The translations under genes were made by a program, and so were the position numbers. This document shows positions 14,432-26,007 of a stretch of DNA of 64,000 nucleotides, one piece after another (positions within the stretch are counted from its first letter, which is position 1; each line of letters starts with the position of its first letter). Below the pieces are notes generated by a model, which made no database searches, was not told the origin of the DNA, and worked only from the letters and a program-made list of their open reading frames with translations. Source of the DNA: Callorhinchus milii (Eukaryota); NCBI RefSeq assembly GCF_018977255.1, contig NW_024704743.1, positions 104,658,001 to 104,722,000 on the forward strand, written 5' to 3'.

Positions 14432-15067
14432 CTGTGAAGAAAGTTGTGACAAGTCAGAAGTGTAAAAACACAACTTACATAGAATGTACAGCACAGAAAC
14501 AGAACATTTGGCCCAGCTAATCCATGATGGCGTTTATACTCCACATGAGTCTTCACCCACTGCTTACCCTCCAACAATAATAATAATAATAATCATAATC
14601 TTTGCATTTGATATAGCGCTTTTCACGTCTTCTAGATGCCTCAAAGCGCTTCACAGAACATGCTGTAAAGTGAATTGACAATGCCCATCTATTTTCTTCT
14701 CCTCCACATATATATCTATATATATATTTACTGTCAGTATATTCTGTGAAGCACTTTGAGACGTTGAGAAGACGTGAAAAGCTCTATATCAAATGCAAGG
14801 ATTATTATTATTATTATTATCTAGAACTCGACAATTCAATGACATCACAATTCACTATTATTAAATACAAATACAAAAGGCTGACTTTTACGCGCTGATT
14901 TGTGCGGATTTAAAATAAAATGCAAGGGTTTTGGAAACCTGTTAAAATTTCAGCTAAATTCTCACTAGAATTCCTCTCCGCCAGTAGATTATGCCAGTGC
15001 AGAGTTCTCACGGATCTCTAGTTTCAGTCACCATAAGGAATCCCCGTTTACGCACTCTGATTCCTGA

Positions 15068-18045
15068 TACAACAACAACAAAATTAAATTTATAGAGTGC
15101 CTTTCACATCGGGAGGACACCCCAAGGTGCTGGACAGTCAGGGGTCAGGACCCGAGCATGGGGGAGGGGTGGGGTAGAGGTGAGGGAAGGCAGAGAGGTG
15201 GGAGGGCGACTGAAGGAACGATCGAAGAGGAGGGTATTGAGACTGGCCTTGAAGGATGCGAGGGAGGAAGTGAGGCGAAGGGACCATGGGATGGAGTTCC
15301 AGAGTGTGGGGGCAAAGAGGCTGAAAGCCCGGCCACCGATGGTAGGGCGGGTCGGGTGGGAGACATGGAGCAGGCCGGAGCCCGCTGAACGGATGGAGCG
15401 GGCAGGTTGGTAGGGAGTCAGCAGGTCAGAGAGGTAGGAGTGGGCAAGGCCATGGATGGCCTTGAAAGTGAGGACGAGGATCTTCAATTCGATCCTCTGG
15501 GGGATGGGGAGCCAGTGGAGTCGAGCGAGGGTGGCAGTGATGGGGTCACGGAGCCTGGTGTGCGAGAGTATATGAGCTGCGGAGTTTTGGATGATCTGCA
15601 GCTTGTGAATGGAAGAGGTGGGAAGGCCAATGAGGAGAGAGTTCCCATAATCGAGCCTTGATGTGACGAATGCGTGGGTGAGGGTTTCGGCAGCCTGAGG
15701 GGTGAGGCAGTGGCGGAGTCTGGCAATGTTGCGGAGGTGGTGGTAGGCAGTGCCGGTCATGGCGCGGATGTTGGGAGAAAGGACAGTTCAGGGTCAAAAA
15801 AACACCCAGGTTCCTGACTGGCTTAGTGAGGTTGAGTGTGCAGCCATGAAGGCTGATGCTGCCAGCGCCCGAGCTGCGGAGGTGCTGGCGCGAGCCAATC
15901 AGGGGGGCCTCGGTCTTGCTGACGTTCAGTTGGAGAAAGTTGTCCCTTGTCCAGGACTTGATGTTGTTCAGGCTGTCGGTCAGGACTCCAGTAGTCCTGG
16001 AGTTGAGGGTGGAGGCAGAGAGATAGAGTTGGGTATTATCCGCATACATGTGGAAATTTACCCCATGTCTGCGGATGATTTCACCAATGGGGAGCATGTA
16101 GAGGGTGAAGGGAAGGGGACCGAGGAGGACAGAGCACTGAGGAACACCGCATGAGACGGTGCGGGAGCTGGAGGAGAAGCTGTTTGCAGAGACGATGTGA
16201 AGGTGGTGTGAAAGGTAGGATCTGCACCAGTCAAGCACAGAACCTTGAAGGTTGAGGTGGGAGGAGAGGCGGTGGAGGAGGATTGAGTGGTCCACAATAT
16301 TAAAAGTGGCGGAGAGGTCGAGGAGGACAAGGAGGCAGAGAGAGCCCTGGTCACACATGGTAAGGATGTCATTTGCGACCTTGACCAGAGCAGTTTCTGT
16401 GCTGTGGGCAGCATGGACTCCCGATTGGAGGGGTTCATGGAGGGAGTGAGAGGAGAGGAAAGAGCGAAGCTGGTGTTGACGGCGCTCTCAATGACCTTAG
16501 ATAGAAAAGTTTAGGTGGGAGATGGGCCGGTAGCTGGATAGCTGTGATGGGTCAAGGGAAGGTCTCTTCAAGGTGGGGGTGATGGTGACTGTTTTGAGGG
16601 GGTTAGGAACAGTGCCAGAAGATAGAGAGAGATTGATGATGTCGGCGAGTAGTGGGACAAGGAGGTGGAGCTGGGATTTAAGGAGAAGAGTGGGGATGGG
16701 GTCCAGGGAGCAGGTGGTGGGCTTCATGGAGGATATAGTGGTGATGACAGAGGAAGGGGTGACAGGTTCAAAGGTGTGGAAGAAGGGATTAGTAGTGGTC
16801 GGAGCGTGGTGGGGGTTGGGTAGGGAGGGTGGGGAAGTTAGGAGGGCAGTGGCAGCTGAGTGGATTCTCTCGATTTTGGACTTGAGGAAATCCAGCATTT
16901 CCTCGCAGTGGGAGTCGGAGGAAAGAATCTGCGAGGCATGATGGGGAGGGTGGAGAAGCAGGAGCCTGGGGTTGCCCTTTGCCTCAAGGATCAACCTGGA
17001 GTAGAAGGACGATTTGGCCGAGTCAAGAGCGGAGCGGTAGGTTTTGATGTGGTCCAGCCAGATGTGCCAGTGTACCATTAGGCCAGATTTGAGCCATGTG
17101 CATTCGGCAGCCCACACCTGGCCCTTGAGCAGACGGAGGTGCTGATGAACCAGGGTGAGGATCGGGAATAGGAGGCAGTTCAGGAGGTGAGGGGGGCAAG
17201 GGCATTGAGTGTAGTTGAGAGAGTGCTGTCGATGAGTTCAGAAGACTCCAGGGCAGCGGAGAGGGATTGCGGGGAGATCTTCTTCCACAGGCGATAGAAG
17301 GTGGTGGTAGGTTTGGGGGCAGTGGGGAGAGGGATATAGGAGTTGAGGGAGATTAAATGGTGGTCAGAGATGGCCTTGTCGGTGATGGTGACATCTGAGA
17401 CGCTGAGGCCCTTGGTGATCATCAGGTCGAGCGGGTGGCCATGAATGTGGGTAGCAGAGTGGATGTGGAGGAAGAGGTTGAGAGAGCAGAGGAGAGGTCT
17501 GAAGAGGTGGAGTAAGAGGGGATGAAGTGGAGGTTGAAGTTGCCTAGGATGATAAGGCGGTCAGAGCAGAGGCAGAGGAAAGCTAGAAGGGTGGAGATGT
17601 CAGAGATGAAGGTGGGGGAGGATTTTGGGGGCGGTAAATTAGGAGAATTTTTAGTAAGAGATGGGAGGGATGGCAGAGGGTAAGGTGTTCAAAAGAGGGG
17701 AATGAGCCAGCAGATTAGGGGGATAGGGCAAGTGACGCCCTGGAGATGAGGGCCACACCACCGCCATGGCGGTTGGGCGTGGGGTATGGTAGTAGGTATA
17801 GACGGATGGTGCGGCAGGACAGAGCGGGAGAGTTGCAGGGTGGGCGGCATTTTGAGGGAGGGCCAGCTCGGGTCAGGGGCAGCAGCCAATATGCACACGC
17901 TAAGACAAGAGTCGGCGGATTAGTGGGACACTGTCAGCCTGCAGGAGTTTGTGGGGGCCAGAGGTGGCGCAGAGTGGTTAGCAATGAGCAGCCTGCAGGG
18001 GAAGGACAGGAGAGACAGACAGACAGAGGATGGGAGGGAGACACA
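15068..18045 (-). mobile_element. L2-clade LINE, 5'-truncated, frameshifted ORF2 (endonuclease remnant plus reverse transcriptase)
   Basis: ORF fragments with LLDLSA-F-IVDHSIL, GVPQ-SVLGP, HMYAD(N)TQLY, HAFVTSRLDY and LHWLP. 3' tail ends in (TTG)n. GC/purine-skewed block. Confidence 0.92.
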
Positions 18046-19494
18046 TTGGTATAAACCTAATGGAGAAATGTTGCAAATGAGACCACAGGCCTGTGACTTT
18101 ATGTGTTAACTCTGGCGCACTTTGACAATGTCCGTTAAAAATGTGAAAACCTTAACAATGGGATGGCTGGTGGGAAGTAATTTCTTAGTCAGGGAAGAAA
18201 CGCAGTCTCATTTTCAATAACCTTCAGGCCCATTTTGCCCATTTGTGGGCAAATCCATTCAAATCTTAAATTACACCCACAGTAATGTTAACCTGCGAGA
18301 AACTTTTTTTCCACGCTGTGCGATGCACGGCAGGACTGTGGTCAATTGACCCTTCTGCTAAACTCACTTTTTCAATGTCAGTAATTTTCCAACCAGTATG
18401 AAACCCTCATCACGTCCTTTTATAATTGGAAATGGCACTCAGGCTGCACAGCCTTCACATGGTATTAACATTGTTTTATCTCTCCACTCTGGGTCTGTGA
18501 CTTGTAAGTATTGAAAATAGCATCCTCGTCATTTTATTTATCACAAAAACAAAGACACAACAAAGGTGCGAAGGGCACTGATAGTCAGTCCCAATGTCAC
18601 CCGGTGTTGCTACATTAGCATGTAAACAGCTAAGTATCGGGTGGTTTGCAGTGCTAAGCGAGACACTGTTTAATGAAAGCTAATGACATTATAATTAAAG
18701 AGACTGCACTCATTTAATTAGATAGTTTCCAAGCTGTCAGAAATCAAATGCAGAACCATTAGGAGCAATATATGCTTTCGAAATTGTTAAAATTTGCTCT
18801 CCCAAGGACAGGTATTACGAGACTTCAGGGGGCCGCTGGGTGAAAAACAACAAGATTGAAGCACTATCTGTGAGTCTCCTGTTGTGTGGTAACCATAGTA
18901 ATCAACTCCCAGGAATGGTTTTTGACAGCATAGCCCTGCCACAGGTTTTTTTCTTATTTTTTTCTGCAGCAATCTCGCAGTGAAACTTCTTTTAAATCCA
19001 TCCCATTGAAGTATTTTCACTCGGTATCAAACATTATTGGAACTTTAGACAATAGCATAATGAATAAAGCTGGAATCAATGCAAGATCTCAAAACTGTCT
19101 TCTCTTATCACAGACAACAAAGGCTCTTGTAGATAAGAAATGCTGTACCTAAATGCAAAATGGTCACCTCATATGCTGCACATTTTGTAATGATTCCCAT
19201 GAAATGTTTACCTCAATATGGTCTTGAACACACCAGATGCAAATGTACTGAGCCAGTATATACTGTATTAAGGTTAAGATAGTATGAATCACATTGGAGC
19301 TTGGCTCCTGAGAACACCTGGAAGATATTTTTCATCCAGTTAGTGACTGGTTGGGACTAAACACATCAGGGACCTTTGACATCCAGGTGACCACATGTGA
19401 TCTTACATTAACATCCCATTGTAACAAAGGCATTTTAGTACAGATCATGTTTGTACTTATAAGAACATGTTAAACTCCCAACTTTCTGAGTGCG

Positions 19495-19750
19495 GTCCAA
19501 AGATGCAGTCAAAGAGGTAGATCTAGAGATGGATCTTGAAGGAGAGATAAGAGGTAAGGTGAAAGAACTCCAACATGGAGTTCTGAAGGTAGGACGGGCA
19601 GAGTATGGGATGTGAAGCAGGCCAGTGCTTACCAAGCGGAGGGAGTGGAAGGTTGGTAGGACTTAAGAAAGTCACAGAAGTAGGGTGAGGCAAGACCATG
19701 GAGGGATTTAAAAATGAGGCCAAGGATCTTGAACTCAATCCTCTGGGCAA
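19495..19750 (-). mobile_element. L2 fragment
   Basis: Similar to the L2 3' ORF region (gaggcaagaccatggagggattta...ggatcttgaactcaatcctctgggc). Confidence 0.7.
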
Positions 19751-20959
19751 TAAGACAAGAGAAAGAGACATTTACAAGAGAAATAATAATAATAATATTT
19801 CTTACATTTAATATAATGACTTATCATATCATTAAAACATCTTAAAGCACTTCACAGGATTCTACCATATGGTGTAGTGACTGCGTAATTGTAGGCAGAC
19901 AAACCAGACGCATTTATGCACAAGAGCAGCTTGCTTTTATACAGCACTTTACATCAAAATGAATTCAAATTGATTTTCCTTTTGGAGAATAAGAGATCTT
20001 TCTCTGGGAAAAGATAATTAGCTTTGGACTAACCAACCCTGCAATAGTTGTAGTATGGTTCGAAAGTCTTTAATTAAGCTATATATAGATATTTAATTGA
20101 GTAGTATGTGCAGAGGAAATTCTTTTTTTCAATCCTAAGGTACAACTCACTGTCAGGACAACGAACAGAATAAACTAACTTGCTACGCAGCATTTATTGG
20201 GTCTGGCTGGTTCTTTTAATTGATCCCAAAAGCAAGCAATTGATTCACATTATGCAATTATACTTTCTCTCCCCCAACCCCTCCTCCTCGTCTCTAGTTT
20301 TATACATTCCTGATTTAAGTCCCATAAGTTTCCCCGAGCTAACTTCAATGAGAAAGAAAGCTTGTTATTTTAATATACTTCTTGTTCCTATGCAATTAGA
20401 AAATTATTTGTTTGAATTATTGCAATGTTATAAAACTTAAACATATAAGCAACTTACCAGTTTGAATACATTGTGGTTATTATCTGGCCCCGCATAGCAA
20501 ACAAGTTAATTGTATTGAATTGCTTTGAGAGACTTTGCCCATACAATCTTGGCAACCAGCAACAAAGAGGTTGTTAGTAAAAAAAATAGCAGTGTACTAA
20601 TCGCGCCTTAAAAAATGACCTGTTTTATCTGAGACACTGTCCGGCGTGGAGAGTGCTATATAAATCCAAGTTGTTGCTGTTGTTGTTGACCTGTTTTATT
20701 TTTGTGATTGAACCTGTATCCCTGAAATTTTCTGGGTCTTTTTGCCTGATTTTGAAAGATATTTTTCTCTCTTTCGTTATGGCCGCTTTCCCACCCACTG
20801 TTACAGATGGAGAGGGTTAGGCATAAAGTTGTTTCTGGGAAAATGCAAGCTGTTTGCAGTAATCTTACTGCCATACGTTACTTTATTGCTGGCCTCTCTC
20901 TCCACACTCAACTAGTATGCAACCTTGGATTTTGGCTGCTCTCTTAAAAGAGTGGACCG

Positions 20960-21150
20960 TTTTTCTTTATCTTCACCACATCTTCTGCCTCCATTCCTAC
21001 CTCATCTCCAACACTGGAAAATTCCTGATTCATGCCTTCATCATCTCCAGTTTCGACTTCTCAAATACCCCTATTGCTGATTTCCCCAGCTTCATTATTT
21101 GCAAGCTCCAGCTTATCCAAAACTCTGTCGCTTGCATTCTCACCCACACA
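20960..21150 (+). mobile_element. Degraded L2 fragment
   Basis: Encodes LIHAFIISSFDFSN...KLQLIQNSVACILTHTK. Confidence 0.7.
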
Positions 21151-21354
21151 AAGCTTCACATATTAAATTTCATCTACATTTCACCCCATGCACTTGCACA
21201 CGGCTTCACATATACACAAAACAGGATATATTTAGCTAGTATCTCACAGACCACTGCCTACTTCCACATGTTTTTTTAACCAAGCTTAAAAAAAGACTTT
21301 CTCAAAACTAATAGATATGCACAAGTATTAACAATTTAATTTCATGGTTCACAC

Positions 21355-21481
21355 CTGCTTGCGAAGGGACGAGATGGTCTTCTGCATTTCAGTCACAAAG
21401 CTGTTGAAATCCTGAGGAGTCTCATCCACATTCTGCTGAAAATTTGTTGCGTTTGCTAACTCACTCAAGTCTTGTTTGTAT
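21355..21481 (-). CDS. PXDNL: Peroxidasin-like exon 21
   Basis: 127 nt, cag|...|gtgtga. Translates (R)YKQDLSELANATNFQQNVDETPQDFNSFVTEMQKTISSLRKQ, with the conserved DF..FV.EMQKTI..LR.Q helix. Confidence 0.9.
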
Positions 21482-22562
21482 CTGTTTAGGAAAAGAGTTC
21501 AAATCTTTCGAATGAGAAAAGAACCAATTTTAATATCTGACAAAATAATGGAGTGAAAGTGAAATGCTATAAATTCTCAAAAGGCCTATCATTAACAAAA
21601 GTGTGAAACATAATAAACAATGTGCCAAATAAACAATGTTCCAACCTTCAGATGGGACTCAGTGATCTCCTTCACGAGCAGCAAAATGTTAATTGAATTC
21701 AGACTGCTTGTTGTAGTGAGGCCATGTGTTGCAGAACATAATTCCCACAGATACATAATATCTGTGTGTCATTGGGATTGAGGTAATATTCTCTGCTAAA
21801 GCATGAATTTTCAGATATTGGCGAGGTGAATTTGGACTTGTTTTCCATTATAAACTGACACTGTATAAATTTACCAAAGGAATTCCCCCCTATCCTCTTT
21901 AAAGGAAAGGAATTTCTATTGCTGATTCTTATTTAAGCATATGACATTGTGTCCACATATCCTTTTTTCTTACTAAAACACTTTACAGTAAGAAAAACTA
22001 TGGGTCAATACAGTCTATTATTATGTGAATCTATTACATACACAGTCTACCCTTCACTGGAAAACTTGGTACTATTACTTTCCTCAGCCTTATTAGGCTT
22101 AATAAAGCTGTATACAGCATTCAAGTAGTTTATAGCAATAATAATATAATAATATAATAATCCTTGTATTTGGTATAGAGCTTTTCACGTCTTCTCGACA
22201 TCTTAAAGCGCTTCACAGAATATGCAGTAAAGTGAATTGACCATATGACGTGAAAAGCGCTATATCAAATGCAAGGATTATTATTATTATTATTTGTGGG
22301 CGAAACGCGGCAGCGAATTGCACACAGCAGTGTCCCACAAACAGTCATGGATTGAAAATGACCAATTTATTATTGTTTTTTTGTTTGGAATGGGGCAAAA
22401 TAAAACCTTTAATTGAGGTGAATCTCTAATCATAACACATTTACCAATATTGGCAAATGAGATGATGCCATAATACACTCATACATTTTTAAATGTGTAT
22501 ACATTTACCAATGACCAGGGAAACCTTGGTGTTTTCATCTGAACCTTGTCTGTGTGTCCTAC

Positions 22563-22692
22563 CTCCATTTCTTCTCACCAGGCACCACTTTGGCTTCTCT
22601 TCTGTGCCTTTCTTCCGGATAACTGAATTCTGCTGATCGTTTGTTTCGGAACTGGCGTGAAAGCGCACTGAACTGTCCTCGAGTTCTACAAT
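22563..22692 (-). CDS. PXDNL: Peroxidasin-like exon 20 (linker with proprotein convertase sites)
   Basis: 130 nt, tag|...|gtagga. Translates (D)[42 protein letters not shown]. Confidence 0.92.
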
Positions 22693-24180
22693 CTACACAA
22701 AGCAATCAGGTTCATTTTGAAGCACTGGAACATATTTTGTCATTGTCAACCATGTTCTTATCTCTCTATAACAGGGACCAGCACTAAAGATACAATTGCA
22801 CATACTTTTTGTACTGTAATGACTATCAGGCTGTTACCTTTGTGCTTTCACAATATGGCTGTTTTTTCATGAAAGCATTTCCACTTTTGCAAAGACCAAT
22901 TGTTTTCTGCTTTGCTAGATTGCAAAATCCATCACTGAGTGGCAGTGCTTAGCTGCTAATGAAATAATGTGGAATTTAAAAAAAAGTACTGCTGAATGTG
23001 AAAGGACTGCAATGTGATTTGCATTCAGTCAGCTAATAAGCACCACATTGAGACCAAAGCAGAAAGACGATCTTTGAAGCTTACAATCTGTTCACAGCCA
23101 TAATCCAGCAGAAGGTGGGAGAAGGTTACTATGACCTTGAAGGCATCAACTTTGTACCAATAAATTTATGACTTCTATTTAACACACAAGGCTTAGAAGT
23201 AGCTTCAGAAAACAGGCACATAAAGACCATACAAACAGTTACACACAACAGGGAAATATTAGTGAAGAGGTTTGTGTGGTTCGTGATTTTAAAGTAGTCA
23301 ATGCAATGAGCTTTTTCTTCTGTTCAATCTAAAACGGACCTGCGCTAAAGGTTGTTTTGCTATCAGGGTAAATGGTATTGAATTATCTCTTAACTGTTCA
23401 CATATAATCCCTAGAAGAAGGAAGACCAGACATTTCTGAATTAATTCTGAATGAATGTTAGACTTTTTAAGTAATTAAGTTTAGCTTTGGTATCTATTTG
23501 TTGTCCAGAAAAAACTTTTAGACTTCGGGTTGAACAATGGCCATCAATCTGGAGTGTACCAGCTCCATGCATTCTTCTTCCAATTTATTAGTTGATTTTT
23601 GTTGTGTATGGGCTCCTCAGGACTCAAGAAAATTAAAATGTAATAATTTCAAGCACTTTAACATTCAATAAGCTGCTGTTACTGAAACAGTTCCTAGCCA
23701 GTTAAGATGCTTGTAAATTATTGCTCACAGTTAAATTAATCTCACCAGGAATTTCCACAATTGTCCATGGGAGCAGATTGGGATCCAAGGTCATTTTTAG
23801 AGACAAAGTTTGGTGGGACAGAGTGAAGGTTCAGGCCAAAACTTGTGAATGTATGCCCAGTGAAATGTTGATCTTATACTGTGTTTTAGATGGGGTTTGA
23901 CTTTAGAAATGATTGAATTGTTTAGATGTGTCAGAGGCAAACTCCAAAATGACCATTTTCACTGCTGCTTCCATGACGCTGAGTCTCACCATTCCATTTG
24001 TGGCTCACAAACCATGGCTTCTGATGGCCAGTTAGTAGGATGGTAGCTTTAATCCTGAGGTATTTCTTTAGTAAAGCGCATGACCTTGCCAACTAGTATT
24101 ATGTTGCAAAAGGTGTTAAGAGGGGAAGGGGATCCTTCTACGGCACATCCATGTAATTCCAATTTGATCATTTGCCTCTC

Positions 24181-24238
24181 TCCCCCCAGCCCCCACCCCA
24201 GCCCCCCCCCCACCCCCCCCCCCACCACCACCACTACC
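24181..24238 (-). repeat. Poly-C/CCA low-complexity tract (G-runs on the pre-mRNA strand)
   Basis: cccccagcccccaccccagccccccccc...ccaccaccacc. Confidence 0.8.
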
Positions 24239-24469
24239 ATGTACTACAAATGAAACCTTTGATTTCAAGATCAAAGATGCTGGGAGTCAAACTCAAATAA
24301 TAACAGATTTCAGTTATTATTTACAGCACTGATAGGGAATGTTCGACCCATGAAGCCTACACCAGTGCTAGTTTTTCAAATATCTTTAAGTGCTTTCTCT
24401 TTCTTCCCTTTAATAAAATATATCAGAATTTGCAAAAAAATTCTTCAGTCATATTATTAAAAGACTCGC

Positions 24470-24568
24470 CTCGAACAACAGGTTTTGACACTGTCTTCTC
24501 GAGACTAGTCACCAGCCTAGACAGTCTGCTGAGTTGCTGGTGTAAACGGTATAGAGGTTCCCGCAAAC
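24470..24568 (-). CDS. Candidate alternative exon 19b (99 nt, GC donor, coiled-coil helix)
   Basis: tttgctattccag|GT...CGAG|gcgagt, phase 1-1, no stop. Translates (G)LREPLYRLHQQLSRLSRLVTSLEKTVSKPVVR. Paralogous to 25909-26007. Confidence 0.75.
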
Positions 24569-25473
24569 CTGGAATAGCAAATGAGTTCTGTAAACTACAC
24601 AAACGTATTGTACACAGATTACATTTTAATATATGTAAATCATTGGATTGCCTGATTTCTATATTATCTTTCTGTGGCGAAAATAGGTTTTGAATTTTTA
24701 ATGTGTTTGTTCTACATTTACAACCCACAAAAATCTGCAAAATATTAATATTCATTAAGAAGACAAGAAATTTAATGTTGAGAAATTAGTTACAAGGCAA
24801 TAATTCCATGAACTGCAGGGGACTAATGATATCATTAACCATAAGAATATAAATGGAACAGTTTCTGGATCTCATCCAAAGCTGCAGATGGAACTATTAC
24901 CTTTGTCCTTTGTTATTTCCTGATATTTGATTTGTTTAACACATGTCCCAAATTTGTTAATGATGTGAATTGGCTTTCTACAAGGCAATGGGTTTGCAGT
25001 GTGTAATGGGCTATAATTCCCTTGTTGTAATGGGAGTAAGAGACTTTAGAAATAGTTTAAGCACCCTAGAAATATGCTGCGTTTCCTCTGTCATCTTAAT
25101 GACAACAAATGCTTCATGGGTGTACTTTTAAACATTTATAATAGTTATATTTAATGTGCTCATTCTGTTGGTAGGATGCAAGCTTGATAACAATCGTAAT
25201 ATCCTCAATGCTAATTGGGAAGCAGGAAAGTGCCCAGAAAACGTTATTTAATAATCAACATCTGGACCTCTGCTAGATATTGATAGTTCAGATATTAAGT
25301 TCATTGTTTAAAGTCTGCATTGTACATATGGTACTACTAACAATCATATTGTACTAATACAGTTTGTACAGTTGAGACTGGATTATAAAAATGACGTGAA
25401 GGAAATGGCTATTTTTAAATATGTTCTAGTGGTGCTCCATATTACTTTATTAAATGTGTTCTCCTAAAACATC

Positions 25474-25799
25474 TAATAATAATAATAATAATAATCCTTG
25501 CATTTGATATAGCGCTTTTCACGTCGGGAGGACGTCCCAAAGCGCTTCACAGCACACACTGTAAAGTGAATTGACTGTATATTTGTGGGCGAACGCGGCA
25601 GCCAATTGCGCACAACAATGTCCCACAAACAGTCGTAGATTGAAAATGACCAAATTATTATTGTTTTGTTTTTTTGGAGGGATTATTATTAGGCGTGTGG
25701 AGTAAGGAAACTTGCCCAAGGTTTCGCCCTGACTGGAATTGAACTCAGGTCTCTCACTTGCAAAGCGAGTGCTCTAACCACTGAGCTACAGGACTCCAC
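25474..25799 (-). mobile_element. Young tRNA-derived SINE (family A), full length, between candidate exons 19a and 19b
   Basis: tRNA head with A box (tagctcagtggttagag) and B box (gttcaattcc), Deu-like segment, L2-type 3' tail, (ATT)n end. Confidence 0.9.
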
Positions 25800-25908
25800 A
25801 AATATAAATCTCATTCTGCATATTGCACAATCCCTACATCCTTTCCTTTGGTGAAAGTCATGCTGGTTGAAACTTCTACTGCAAAATTAGAACTGCCAAC
25901 CAACTCGC

Positions 25909-26007
25909 CTTTGTCCTTGTGCTCACGAACATGCTTGTAGATGCGATTGTAGCGCTGGATAAGCAGTGATACACGGCTATGAAAATCACGAACATTAGAT
26001 AAGAGAC
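25909..26007 (-). CDS. Candidate alternative exon 19a (99 nt, GC donor, coiled-coil helix)
   Basis: gctcttctttcag|GT...AAAG|gcgagt, phase 1-1, no stop. Translates (G)LLSNVRDFHSRVSLLIQRYNRIYKHVREHKDK. Paralogous to 24470-24568. Confidence 0.75.

Noticed and set aside
13811..14437. 208-aa plus-strand ORF
   Set aside because: Runs antisense across exon 22 and a repeat fragment with no recognisable domain; likely chance.
20451..20625. Strong CTG|gtaagt donor in intron 21
   Set aside because: In-frame stop upstream and no good acceptor.
24901..25010. Open frame between the twin exons that ends AAGGACAAAG|gtaata, the same last 10 nt as exon 19a; possible third copy
   Set aside because: The available AG acceptors (24977, 25010) give the wrong phase and lengths of 77 or 110 nt, and there is no heptad pattern. 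At most a decayed remnant or chance.
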